This document shows, piece by piece, positions 1 to 12,758 of a DNA stretch of 64,000 nt. The translations under genes and the position numbers were made by a program. The notes beneath the pieces were generated by a model. It saw only the letters and a program-made list of their open reading frames with translations, did no database searches and was not told where the DNA came from. Origin of the DNA: Lama glama (Eukaryota); assembly GCA_028534125.1 (NCBI GenBank), contig CM052824.1, forward strand, positions 60,512,001 to 60,576,000, read 5' to 3'. The first letter of the stretch is position 1. The number at the start of each line of letters is the position of its first letter.

Positions 1-2764
1 CGCTGTGCCTGTGGATGGGACAGAGTGACAGCCCCACTCTGGGTACCTGCGGGCACCCCTCCCAGCAGAAGGCTGCCCTCCCCTGCGCTGCCAGAGGGGC
101 TGATGGGCCTGCTGCCCAGACTAGAGACCCCGCCCAGCCTGGCGTGCCCAGGCCCACGGGGAGCACAAACTCCACTTCACAGGTTGGCATTTCTGAAGGA
201 TGACAAAGATCCCGGGCTCTGAATGTGTTTTCTGTGTGAACAGACACTTGCTCACAGTGTGCCGGGTGCCAGCAGCCCCCTACAGCTCCCGCCTGAATCA
301 TTGCCTCCCGGCAGCCCCGGTGCAGGTGGGGGCAGGGCTGGGGGCCCAGAGCACAACTTGGTCCAGGGCCCATGGGGCTGCCCACCCCTGTCCCTGGGAT
401 GCTGGCTCAGCACCCCCACGGGCAGGGTCCAAGTCACAGTTACCAGGGAAACACTGCTCCCTAGAGCAGCAGACGCTCTCGGGGGTCCCAGCACCAGGAG
501 ACGGTCCCTGGCCGCCCACACCTCAGACCTGCAGGGTGCCCACCACCCCCTCAGCGAGGAAAGTGGGGGTCTCGGCTCTGTGGGTGGTTAGCTGTGGCCC
601 ATGGGGTCAGTTCCCAGGGCTGGAGGAAAGGCTACAAGGCGGCGGGGAGGGGGCCTCCCTGGGAGGCAGAGTCCGTGGAAGGTGCCGCTTGAGGGGCCAG
701 GAGTCAACTGGGCTTCCTAGTGGCCAGCACTGCCCCGAGATCCATTTTCATTAGCCACATTCTCGGTGACAATTTCTAGCCCATCACTGCAGGTTGCAAC
801 CCTTGGAGACACTCCCAAAACAACTGGGCGGGGATGGGGAGGCACCACTGAGCACAAGCACAGCTCTGGGCTCCAGGCCCCATAGTTAGGAGCCAGGCAG
901 GCCCCGCGCCCCGTCCTCAATTCAGAGACGGTGGGTGGGGGGCGGGGCGGGAAGGTGTACGCCGGAGAGGCTCCGGGGCCCCTGGGCGATGTGGAGGCCG
1001 ACCGAGGCTCCCTCCGGACCACCGGCCCAGCCACTGCCCCTGCCTGGGCTCCGCTCTAAGCTGCACCCTGGGTCCTGCTTCCAGGGGACTGAGTAGTACC
1101 GGGAACCCCCTTCCCCTGAGGGCGAGCAAGGAAGCCCTGGCTTCGGGGGCACAATCACCCACTTCCGGCACGCTCCTCACCTTCTCTACAGGTTAACCCA
1201 TTTGCTCCACAATCACCGTCGCCCCTGCGGACAGATGAGGACACTGAGGCTCAGGGACCCATGCCCAGGAAGTGACGAGGCAGTGGCTCCAGGGCCTGTG
1301 GCCGAGGACCCCCGAGGGCAAAGCCGAGCAAACAGAAGGCTCAGGAGCACAGCGGGTGGGCCAGGAGGCACTGGCTGGGGCCAGGCTTGTGAATTCTCTC
1401 CTTTTCCGCTTCCTGAAGACTGCAGGGGGCATCTGCTCAGGGAGGCCTTTGGAGAAGGGGGGCGTTGGGCGATTGGCCCAGAACGCACCCTGTGCTGAGA
1501 GGCCACCGAGGAAGAAGGGAGCGGCGAAGACCGTCTCCTGAGAGACCGGAGGACGAGGAGGGCTTCCACCATCACTCGGCAGATGACCAACCAGGCCCCT
1601 CATGGGAGGGGCTCCCGGGCAGCTCAGCCACAGGAAGGGGACGACCACCTCTGACCAGCCTCAGGGTGCTGGACACCGCTGGGCAAGCGCTGTCGGCTCC
1701 CTGGGGGTCCCTGGTCAGGGCTGAGCTCTCGGTGCGGCGAAGTGCCCTCGCCACCCACATCCCAAGGCTCTCAGGGTCCAGGCGCTGGCCCAACCTCCCG
1801 GTCCAGGAGCCAGCGGTCAGCACTGGGCACTCAGAGTCAGAGAGGCTGAAGGCTGGCGGTTCTCCGGGGAACAGCCAAGTTCAGGAGAGCGACAGGGCCA
1901 GGGGAGCTCAAGAGAAGGGGAGGAGCAAGGGCAGCAGTGTCCCCACCAGACTGTGGCCAGGCCACAGTCTCTCATTTACTGCACTGCACGCTACGATTAG
2001 CCCATTTCACAGGTGGAGACGTTGAGGCTGAACCCCTGCCCACGGCCACACAGAGGCTGGTGGCAGAACGCAGAGCCAACCCTCTTCTGCCCACTCTGTG
2101 GTGGGTGCTGCCTTCCCACCCCCGCCAGCCTGGGGGCCCAGCCTGGAGCAGAGGGTGCTCCCTGGGAAGCCACTCCACCCTCCACCCACCCTCACCTGAG
2201 ATTCAGTTTAAAACGCGTATTTCTACAGAAATAGCCCCGACTTCTCTTGAATCTGCATTTTTCATGCTTCCAGGTAATACCAGCTACAGTTCCAGGGCTG
2301 CTCAGGGCCATACTGGGACCAGGAGGGCCTGGTCGGAGCAGCTGACCAATGCACTGGGGCTGCCAGGTTCATTCTGGGTCCAGAAATGCATTGGAGCCCC
2401 CAGACTGCAGCCACCAGCTACTCAGCCCAGCGTGGCCCACCCCTCCCCTGCCATCAAGGGGGAGGACTTTGACGAGGGGCCCTTGGGGAGACCTGGTCTG
2501 CCTTCCCATCTGTGACCAGTGGCTGGCAGGATCTGGGAGCAGCCATTCATTAAGGGAGGGTGAGACTCCTGTCCAGGACCCACTGGGCCTCCACATCCCC
2601 TGGGAGGCCCACGGAGAGGCTGGGAGGCTGGGGACCTGGGAAGCAGCAAGGCGGGGGCTCCACCGCCGGGTGGCTCTGCTCATGCTGCCCAGGGACTCCG
2701 GCCCTGCCTCTGGCCCCACAGGTCTCCTCCACCAGTGGGTGTGGCAGGCAGACAACACAGCCCG

Positions 2765-3162
2765 TCGGGAGCTGAGCCGCGGCCCCCAAAAGATGCCTCT
2801 ACATCCCAGAACTTATCTGGAAGAAGGTCTTTGCAGACGTCATCACTGAAGAATCCAGAGATGAGATCACCCTGGATTACTCAGGTGGCCCTGAATCCAG
2901 CGACAGTGGGGGACAGGACACACAGGGGACTAGGCCCTGTGAAGAGGAGGCAGAGGCTGGAGTGATGCAAGCTGAGGAAGCCGGGGCCCCAGGAGCTGGA
3001 CGAGGCAGGAAGGACCCCAGCCCCGCAGGGTTCAGAGGGAGCGTGGCCCTTCTGAGACCCTGAGCTCAGACTTCCAGCGTCCAGAACAGGAGAGAACACT
3101 GTCTGCAGTCTTCAGCCCCTAGTCCGTGGTCATTTGTCCCAGAAGCCCCAGGACACTCATGC
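2765..3162 (+). mobile_element. MaLR solo LTR remnant (MLT1-like), ends approximate
   Basis: Hallmark tracts ggtctttgcagacgt, gagatgagatcaccctggatta, gaggcagaggctggagtgatgc, cagacttccagcgtccagaac, gtggtcatttgt. Confidence 0.8.
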
Positions 3163-6100
3163 CGTCTCCGAGTTAGGAGGCAGGGCACGTAGGTTCAGGA
3201 CAAAGGAGGCCTTCCTGCCAAGGCGGACGCCCCTGCCCGGGTCTGGCTGCCCAGGAGGCCCCAGGGAGAAGGACCAGGAGGCCTCAGGCCCAGGACCCTC
3301 CCCACACTGGCAGGGAGCTCTGTTCTTCGCTTGGGGGACTTGGTCAAACCCACAGCTGGAGGAGGATGGGGAAGGCGGGCAGCTGGTTGGCAGGCCCAGG
3401 GTCCCACAGCTGCTTAGGGGACTCAGAGGGGAAGTGGGGGGACCAGCGGTCTCCCCAGGCCAGAGGCCTCACTGGGCCCTCCACGCAGGACAGGGCCAGG
3501 GGACATTTCAGAGGCAGCCCCCCTCCCTGCCCCCCACCTCCCAGTCCCCCTGTCTCCTGGGGTCAGCAGCTCAGTCACACGTGAGTCAAACAGGAAGCCT
3601 TGAGTCACGGCCCCCCAGCCCCCTCTGTCACACCTCTCCTGTCCGGCCCACGTCCCCCTGCTTAACACACTGAGCCCACTGCTGGGTCCCCTAGCTGATG
3701 GGAAGGCCCCCCTCTGAGCACATGAGAAGTGGGAGCCCCAGCGACGCCAGCTCACCCTCGTCACCGGATGGCCTGTGAGTGAACGTGGGCACGAGCCCCA
3801 GGGTCCACACCTGGCTCGTCAGCCCGGCAGGGAGGTGGCGATGAAGGGGCTCCTGACCCCGGGGGTGCAGGTGAGGTGACCCTTCCGGCCTTTCCCACAA
3901 ATTCTGGGCTGTGAGTGGACGGCCCGACCCTGGGGCCCCCTAGGCCCACTGTGTTCACCACCGAGCCCAAGCCTCCTGGAGCCCCTGGCCCACCCGGGTC
4001 CAGTGCGGAGCAGGAGCTGCGAAAACAGCTGTGAGGAGTTGGCTCTGATCCGTGGGGGTGGAGACCCCGAAATCAACGCCCCAGAGGCTGCCGGGAGCAC
4101 AGAAGCAGGGGTGGGGGTTGGGGGAGAAGGCAGAATTAACAGTCGTGAGGGGCTATTGGGAGTGGGGTGGGCATGTTCCCAGGCCACTGCACCCCCTGGG
4201 AAAGACAGAGAGACTGACACTCGCGCGGGCGCACACATGTGGCTGCTGGAGCTGGAGGCTAGGGAGCCCCAGCCTGGATCAGCCCCAGGGAGCCAGTGCC
4301 TGCCTGCCCCGGGCTGGGCTGGGAGGCCAGGCGGCCTCCTTTGTCCCTCTGTGCTGGGCGGTGAAGGGACAAAAGCCCCGCTCCCGGCTGGCTGGCGGCT
4401 GCTGCCAGAGACGGCTCCCAGGAGCCCTTCCTCCCCGCGCCGTGAATGCGGGCCTGTTACACAACAGACCTAAGAATAATCCGGAGGGCGGGCAGTGCAG
4501 GGGAGACGGCCGTCCTGCCTCCTGGGACCCCGCACGCTGAGGTGGGGGATGGGGCCGGCTGCACGTGGTGCTGCTTCTGCCTGGGGCCTGGGGCCGTCTG
4601 GAAGCACGCCCGCCCCCAGGCCTTGGGAAGCCAGGCCTCCCAGGGACTGACCTGGCAGTTGGGAGTGGCTGGTGGAACCCTAGAAGGTTAAGGCTGTTTG
4701 TGCCCAGTGGCCCTTGGGGTCAAAACTCCTGGCTGGGCCTGCAAGGGCCCGAGAGCACATGGCTGCAGAGAAGCTCATTTTCAGCTAGTGGGATGTCTGA
4801 GCCCTGAACTCCATCCCCTCCCAGCAGCCACCAGCACACTAGGCCAGGGGGCTACGGTGGACGTGGATGCAAGGCTGGCCCAGCAGTGACAGGAGTGCCC
4901 GCCGGCAGCCTACCCCTCACTGGAGCAGGTGGCAGGTGGCCGCCCATCTCCAGACCAGACTCGCTCCCTTCCAGGGAGCAGGAGGCATGGCGGGATGGAT
5001 AGTTACCTGCTAATGAAGTGGTTCTATGAGGCGCAGAGTAACAGAATATATACAAACTGGCCCACGGCTCTTCATCTATGCAGACATTAAAAATTAAAAT
5101 CCAGTTACACCTCGTATTGTCAAACCCGGCTGCTGCCGCTTTGGCAGTCTGTGTGCCGGGCGGGGGATTACGTAACGCGAGCTCTCAGCGGCCCTTAGCG
5201 AGGGCCTCGGGGAACCTCCTAGCAGGTCTGCAGGGGTCTCTCCCACCCAAAAGCTCCCCTGGCACCTGTGGGCCCCACAGATGTGGCCCAAGCCCCAGGT
5301 GAAGGGGTCCCTGCCTGGTCACCCCCAGGAGGGGCTTCAGCCAGCCTCCCCGACATCCTCCCAGGGCCGCCAGCTGCTCCCCAGTAGCAGTCCCAACAGC
5401 TCAGCCAGTGGCTGGGTGACAGGCATGACCCCCGGAGACCCCACCCCAGCCTCGGTTTCACTGCACATCCTGGATGGGCGGGGTCCAAGACATCAAGGCC
5501 ACTAGACCCACCCTCCAGGAAGCCCCAGGCGCACCACACACACCATCCGGCCTGACAAAGGGTCAGCCCCTCACATCCTGGGTGCAGGCTGGGGCTGGGC
5601 CACTAAGCAGGTGGGCCCCAGAAAAGGGGGCTGTGGGGACCCTTCAAACATGGCCAACAGCACACGCTCCACCTGTCTCCCCACCCTTTCTGGAACCACC
5701 CCCCCAGGTAGAGCCATACAGAGAATGTGACTATGGGTTAAGCACAGAGGGACTACGACAGGGCTGCGGGCTGCTGGGGGTCTTTAGAGCCCATTTCTTC
5801 CGATATCGCAGGGTCTGGGTGGGCAAGCAGGCTGGCTCCCGTCCCCACCAACCGGGATAGGTGACAATGACCTCTGACCTGCCTGAACTCCCCTCTCTGA
5901 TTGAGCTTTGGGCTCAGAAGACCCTGGAACATCGCAATGGGGCTCCCCGTGACAGCACTCGGGCCCTGTGGACCAGGCGCCAGGGGAGCTGAGTGTCACC
6001 TCTCAGAGGTCAGGCATAGAGGGACAGACCAGGTACATTTTCATGGGTGAGGGGAGCAGAAGGCCATGGGAGAAAGGCCAGCCTCAGCAGGTAGTCAGTG

Positions 6101-6739
6101 GTCACTCTGTCCTCCTCAAGGGTCACCGGGCAGGGTGGGGGCGGAGAAGAGGGAAGGGGACGCCTCCTGCTTCCTCTGCATCTTTGCCAGCTCCAGAAGT
6201 GTCCACGTCCCCAAAAGGATGCCTGCCCAAGGCCCAGAGCCCCAGGAAGGACAGCTTCCCCCCACTCCCCACCAGCACCTGCAGATAGCCTGGGCAGAGC
6301 TGCCCCGGAGCCTGGCTAGGTCGCGCCTGGCCCCAGCAGTGCCCATCGCACCTCTGCCTGCCAGCGCTGGGAGAGGCTGGCCCAAAGCCAGAAGCAGCAC
6401 CTGCAGCCCAGGCAGATGTGCCATTCCCCTTTCTGCGCAATGTCCACTCAGAACCTCCCCTCAGACCTAAACGGTGAGTCCCTGCGGTACCACTGCCAGC
6501 CAGCGAGGGGGTGGGGTGCCCTGGCCTGGCCTCAGTCTCAGCTCAGGGTCCCCAGCGAGACATCCGTCCTCAAACAGGGGAGGAAAGTTAGCAGGAAGGC
6601 GGCCCCCAGGTCCCTCAGCCCGCAACTGCGGCCTCGGAGAGAGCCCAGGACCCCTCACCTGTCCGGCGCCATCCTAGACTCACACCCCTACCCCACCCCT
6701 CCAAGATCAGGGCCCTCCCCTCTGGGGCCTCGACCTCGG

Positions 6740-7400
6740 AAGCAGCTCGGCCCATCAGGCGGCCCAGGCCGCCGGGCACGAGGCGAGCAGCGCGCGCCCC
6801 CCTCCCCGCGCCGGCTGGGACGGGCCGCCCAGGGCAGAGGCGCCCCCGCGCGTCCACCGAGCCCCGGGCGCTGCAACAGGAGCGGCGCGGCACCTACTGT
6901 GCTTCGGCGGGGCGGCTCCCGCGTCCATTGTCTCCGCGGCGGCGGCGGCGGCGGGGGCGCGGGCGGGGGCGGCCGGGGCAGGGGCGTCGGCGTCAGCGGC
7001 CGGCCCTGGGCTCCGGCTGGGGCTGGGGCTCGGGCGGCATCGCCCGGCCGGTTCGGACGCCCGCTGCGGGCTGTGCGCACGGCGGGCTCGGCGCGCTGAC
7101 ACTGCGCCCCGTGGAGGCGCCGCGCGCGGAGAGCGCTGTCACTCGTGCCGCCCGCACCACACCCCCTGCCCGCCTCGCGCGGGGAGGGGGCGGGGGGCCG
7201 CGGGCGCAGAGCCGCGGGCGCAGGGCACAGAGCCCGGTGCGGGGGCACAAGGCGTGGGGCGCACAGTGGGGCCAGCCGGCCCGGCCCCGCGCCCGCTGGG
7301 CCAAAGTACTTTCCCCCCAAAGATGCGCCCGCAGCCTCCCCTCGAGACACTTCCCCCTCCCCCCTCTCCGGTTGGCCCCAGCGGCAGGACCGGGAAGGGG
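6740..7400. promoter_or_regulatory. CpG island, probable distal promoter of PLCH2 (- strand)
   Basis: Dense CpG and GC boxes with (CGG)6 at 6937-6954. Contains a - strand ATG followed by a donor. PLCH2 assignment rests on synteny only. Confidence 0.75.
6898..6928 (-). CDS. PLCH2: Candidate alternative first coding exon of phospholipase C eta 2 (MDAGAAPPKH + 1 nt)
   Basis: gagacaATGG strong Kozak; 31 coding nt, then CACA|gtaggt phase-1 donor; orientation fits PLCH2 synteny. Confidence 0.5.
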
Positions 7401-10400
7401 GCAGGGCCGAGACTGCTTCCCATCCCGAGGCTGGACACTTGCGAACCAGGCGGCTCAGCTCCGAGAGCGACAAGATTTAGGCACAGCACGGTCCTGCTCC
7501 CTCCCACCGCCGCCCTGGTGGTTGAAGCACCCCTCCCCCAAGATGCAACGTGGCACGTGCAGAAACCTGCACAAGTGCCTGGAGCTGGTGGGGGAGGGGT
7601 GCGGCCCAGCCCCAGAATGGCTCCTCTGCGGTGCGCCAGGCACCCCTTAGCTCACAGCAGGGGACAGCCGGCCCGGGCTGGGGGAAGGGCGCTCAGCACT
7701 GCTGTCCTGGAAACTATGACCTGCGTGTCTGGACAGAGCATGAAGACCCAGAGAAACAGTGGGAGCTGGACCACTGCCTGCCCTCCCCTAACTGGCCCCA
7801 TGCCCCGAGGCAGCCACTAGCCCCAGCACACGTCCCGTCTCACTGCATCACGTGCTGAAGGGCCACCGAAGCAGTGACAGAGACAGGTGCTGGACCCTGG
7901 GGACCCTTCTTGATGGGATGTCCAGATCAGGCTTCCTGGGAGTCACCCCCCCACCCCTGCCCCTACCTCTACCCTACAGGCTTCTGCTGCAGCGGAGGAG
8001 GAGAGGGAGAGGCAGGTCAAGGGAACAGGTCCAGCCAGGCACCTGTGTCCAGAGAGGCCAGGGGCCCACTGGTTGGCCCTGGTCTAGTGGCAACCGGAGA
8101 CAAGATACAGGCTCATGTCCCAGCTCCCCATAGACCCAGTTATAAGACCCGCTGTTTTCTAAGGTTTCTTCCAGATTGCTGCAGCCCAGAGAGGTCCCTG
8201 GCTTCCCTCAAACCACACAGCAGAATCCTTGGCTGTGTCATAAACTCCCAGGCAGGCCTCAAGATCCCGCTCGGTGCAAAAGCTGATCCAAGAGACAGCA
8301 TCCGGGCAGCGCACCTGCCGGGGCCAGCTGACCTCCCGCGGCTTCTGCCTTCCAGGTCACTGGACCAGGGCTGAGCTCCAACCCCAGCTCAGTCCTGCAC
8401 ACCTGCCCTGGAAACTGCACCCGGGTGTGCATTTGGGCAGGCTGTGTCCCCCAGCTGAGGCTAGGCAGGCTCTGGCAGCCTCCGCTCAGGGTGGCATCAG
8501 GCATTCCAAATGGTCTGCAAGCCGGTGGCACAGACTCTGCCCACACTTCTGTGAGGGGCTGTCAGAGCTGCAGAGGCAGCGTTAGAGAAGCGCCCCCTCC
8601 CCCAGGGCCACCACAGGGGCTCCAGGTGCGGGCTTGGTGTCCCCCATTCAGGGAAGGCTGCCTCCTGGCTCCCTCGGCTGCACCCTGCCCTGGCTCCCTC
8701 TCCGGGAATACTTCTCTGCCCACATCCCACGTCAGGGCCCAGTGCCCAGGCCAGGCCGGGGCCGCCCACTCCTCTCCCTCCTCCCCAGCCCTACCCTGGA
8801 CCCCAGGACCCTGAGATGGGTGAGAAGGTGGATACGCAACAGCAGGGCAGAGGATGGAGGCAGCCAGAAACTTGCAGGGCAGCTAAATGGGGCAAGAGGG
8901 AAGGCTGGGTGAGAGTGAAGGAGCCCCACCAGGTCCTCCGGAGTTGGCAGCAGCCAAGCCCGGCCAGGACGGGACTCCCACCCGGCCGAGTCTCACAGCG
9001 TTCTGTGGTCACATGTCTGGGTGCTCCAGAGACATCACAGCAGGAGCTCGTCAGGCAGGACTGGGGACTTCCTTCCTGCATTTTGTGCCCACCCCCAGCC
9101 TTCCAAGGCTTTCCTGAGTGACAGCCCTGAGCACCCCTCTCATCACTGCCTGGTGGAGAGGAACTGGGCTGGGTGCAGGCAGATGGGGAAACTTCCTGGG
9201 TGCCCCAAGTGGGCAGTGGCTCCCACCTGCACACCTGCACACCTTTCCCAGGCAGCAAGGGGGCTCTGCTCGGAGGCAGGGTGGCTCTTCTCATGAGGGG
9301 ACAGAGATGCCAGTCCTGGGAGCGGAGCTGCCTGGGCACAGTGAGATTCCAGCAGCCCATGGGGATGCGCCTTCTGTGCCCAGGGAACCTGGCTGAGAGT
9401 CCAAGACCTGGGACAGAGAGACACAGAGACACTCACACCCAGAGACTGAGACAGAGAGACAGGTTTGCTCCTGCATGAAGCCAAAATTAAAATGCAAAAA
9501 GGAAACCTTGAAAGAAATCTCCATTGTGAGCCAGAGACTCCAAGAATCACCAGAAAGAGGCCACAGGAGCTCTGGGCAGGCAGGGCTCCAGGCCTTCTGA
9601 CAAGGCCTGCCTTTGGGTGGAGGAGAGTCCGCCGCACATAGTATGCGGTGTGTGGACAGACACTACTGTCACACCCACCAGGTCCTCCGGGAGCAGCTTC
9701 AGCAGCCAAGGCCGACAGCCTGGCCTCCAGCTCAGTGTCACCCCCACCGAGAGCCACCCCAGCCACTTGACATAAGACCCCTCAGCCTGGTACTCAGGGG
9801 GCCCCACCGACTGGCTTCCTCCACTCCCACTTGGTTCCCAAGGCCTGGAGGGAGGTCCCTCCTCCAGGAAGCCTTCCCTGGTTGCCTCATCCCTAGCACT
9901 CACCCACTCCAAGTCTGTGACAGGACTTCCCCTGAGATGTCACAGGGGCTATGCCACGTCTCGGATCTATGCTGCCCAGCAAGATCGTGAGGTCTCTGCA
10001 GGCAGGGCACCCTGTGCACACTGCTCTCCCAAGCACACCAGCCAGCGGGCTGCAGGTGGCTTCAGGCATGTCTGCTCACCAGACAGACCCGCTGCCCTGT
10101 GTACCCTGAGACCACCCCTACGGACAGCATGGTCTGGCTCCGGGTATGACAGGTGTCCCCGGCGAGAGCTCAGCTCAGAGACCCTTCTGCAGCCCGAGGT
10201 CACCAGTGAGGACACGGGGGCCAAAGACACACACACACAGAGGCAGCAAGAGGCGCAGCGAGCACCGTGGGCAGAGCGGGTGCACATTTGCCGGATCAAT
10301 AAGCTTACTTGGGTGAATGTGCAATTCTCACCCGCTAAATATAGAAAATGCGTTTCAGTTTTCACCAGCATCTGGTCTTAAGACGTCTCGTTCTTGAGAT

Positions 10401-12349
10401 CAGAACTCAAGTCAACGTGCAGGATCAGATCCCAGTCCCCACCCCCCACCCCCACCGTCTCCTGCCTCCTGCTCACAGAGCCCGGAGCCCGGGGCAGCGG
10501 TGGCCAGGCTAGCCAGCGCCAGCCTGGGTGGTAACCAGGCATCTCCGTGGGCACAGGGGGAGGGCAGGGTGACCCGGCCCCCAGCCCAGGGCAGGGCTGA
10601 CCTACCTGCCCCAAGACCCCAGGGCACTTTGCTGTGCCAAGCTGGTGCCAACTAGAGAAGGGATGGGGACACACCAGGCGGGCCATCTCTGATGGGCCAG
10701 AGGTCTTTACAGGCACTGCTGGCCCTTAGGAACCATTGATTCCTGACACCACTTTTCCTTTGAGGGGGAAACTGAGGTGCAGAAAGAGGAAGGCATCTGC
10801 TCCAAGTCCCCTGAGACCAGGCATCCTGCCCCTAAAGGGCCTCTTTTCATTGGCAGGGATGGGGATTTCCTCCTGGGTCTGGCAGGACAGGGAAGGTCCC
10901 CTGAGCTGGCTCAGGACTAGGAGGGCCTGGTCAAGGCGGCGTCTAACACCGCTGTCTGCAGGGCCAGAGCCTCAGCTCTCCCAGGCAGCCTGGAGCCCTG
11001 GGTGGGGCAGCGCAGCCCACGTCCAATGAGTGAGGTAGCAAAGGTCAATGCCCACGAACACGTGAGCACCCCCTGCCCCAGGGGCTCTGGAGCCCTGGGA
11101 CCTGCCTGGGAGGTGCCTGTGGATGGGGAAGGGTAGGAGCCTGGTGGGCAGGGAGGGGGTTAGCCGAGGCCGCTGTGGAGAAAATAGAGCAGCTGCATCT
11201 CACAGTCGACGTGGACGTGGATGTGGAGGCCAGAGGGCCAGGGAGGAGGGACCGATGGTGCTGGGGCCCAGGGTTCCGTGGGGGTGGGAGGGGTGGGGGA
11301 GGGGAGGGCAGGGCCCTTGACCTGCCCAGGCCAGGGGTGGCTGGAGGCGCCCTCCCCTGGGCCCCGGGTTGGGGCAGGACAGGGTGAAGAAGCACCGCCC
11401 CCTCCCCATCCTCCCACCCCACACTTAGTGCCCAGCACTGCCTTCTCACCTGGCTAGGGGTCACCGGCCTGCGGGGAGCAGGGAAGGCCCTGGGTAACAG
11501 GGGGGGAGAGAAGTGGGGGAGGGGAGCGTGTCTTGGAAAGTGGGGAGGGGGCAAGAGAGAGAGGGTGGCACAAGGGGGTCACCTCTAGCGAGAGACCTTC
11601 CCCCAGGCCCTCCCAATGACCCTCAGCCCAGGACCGCACCAGGGGGTCTCTGGACCAGGGGGCACTGGGCCCTGCCCCCTCTTCTCACCCCCACCCAAGC
11701 CCCTAGCCTGCCGCACCCACCTCTGCTATAAACCAGCTGCGGCCCTCTCAGGGTAGCCAGCCTGTCTGCTGGGCTGATCGTTAGTTCATTCATTCATTCA
11801 CTTGTTCACTCCTTCATTTCTGTAAACATTGAGACTCTCTGTAAGTCCCCAGGGTGGCTGGTTGAGTGGCTAGGAATTCAGTGGGCCCCCACCCCAAGAC
11901 CCCTGCCCTGGAGGTGGCCTCTGCCTACTGACCAGCATGAGACAACCAACTTGCCACACTATTGACAAAAACTGTCACAGCTGAGACTAGGAGGGTTCCT
12001 GGAGGGGGCACAGCAGGAGGGGGAGCTGAGCAGAGGGATGGGGTTGGGGGGACAAGGTAGGAAAGAGATACAGGGGCCAGATCACAGAGGGTCTTAGAGA
12101 CAAAAGCAAGGAGGTGTTCTTGAGTCATGCCCAGAAGAACATTGAGATAGATGACTGTGGGGGAAGGGAAAGGAGTGAGGGAGGTGGGGGGCTGTGGGAG
12201 GCAGGAAGTCTAGCTGCAGGCCCCTGCTCAGCAGGACACAGGATGAGGTGGGAAGCCCCATAAAAAAGACCTGCAGGACCCCCAGGCAGGGCCACTGCTC
12301 TCCTGCCAGCACCATCCGGGTTCCCTGGCCCAGCGGCTCTATCTCCCTC

Positions 12350-12758
12350 TTTGTCTTTGAAACAGCTTACTTCTAGGAAAGTGGAACGTAGCCCTAAAAC
12401 TCTATTGGTTCCCTGAGCTAACTCCTGATTGGTCCATTTGTAGTGCTTCATTTGCATGGAGCTCACTCCTGATTGGTTATTTCTCTCACTCCTGATTGGT
12501 CCATTTTTACAAAGCTTGCTCCTAATTAGTCAACTTTTGTTATACCCTATTTGCATATGATGTTGCAAAGTGTAAACTGGCAGCCTATAAAAGCCTGTGT
12601 AAACCTGCAGACAGGGTCCAGAGCTTGGAGTCTTAACGTTGCTGGGTGTGCTGTTGTAATAAACCTGAGTTCTCCAACTCTGCGAGTGCTTGTTGCTTGG
12701 TTTCTCGCCCAGATCCAGGTTGCTGTTGCACTGAGCTGTAATACGTTTTTCTGCAACA
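12350..12758 (+). mobile_element. ERV solo LTR (5' end uncertain)
   Basis: AT-richer block with repeated ACTCCTGATTGG, TATAAAA 12586-12592, AATAAA 12658-12663 and terminal ...TGCAACA: U3-R-U5 layout. Confidence 0.8.

Noticed and set aside
7691-7710. REST/RE1-like half sites TCAGCAC..CTGTCC
   Set aside because: Non-canonical orientation and spacing; too weak to call
11727-11760. TATAAA followed by a possible donor
   Set aside because: Isolated motif next to an L2 remnant with no other support
12421-12499. Spaced direct repeats ACTCCTGATTGG resembling a CRISPR array
   Set aside because: 12-bp repeats with irregular spacing inside an LTR U3 of a mammalian genome; no cas genes
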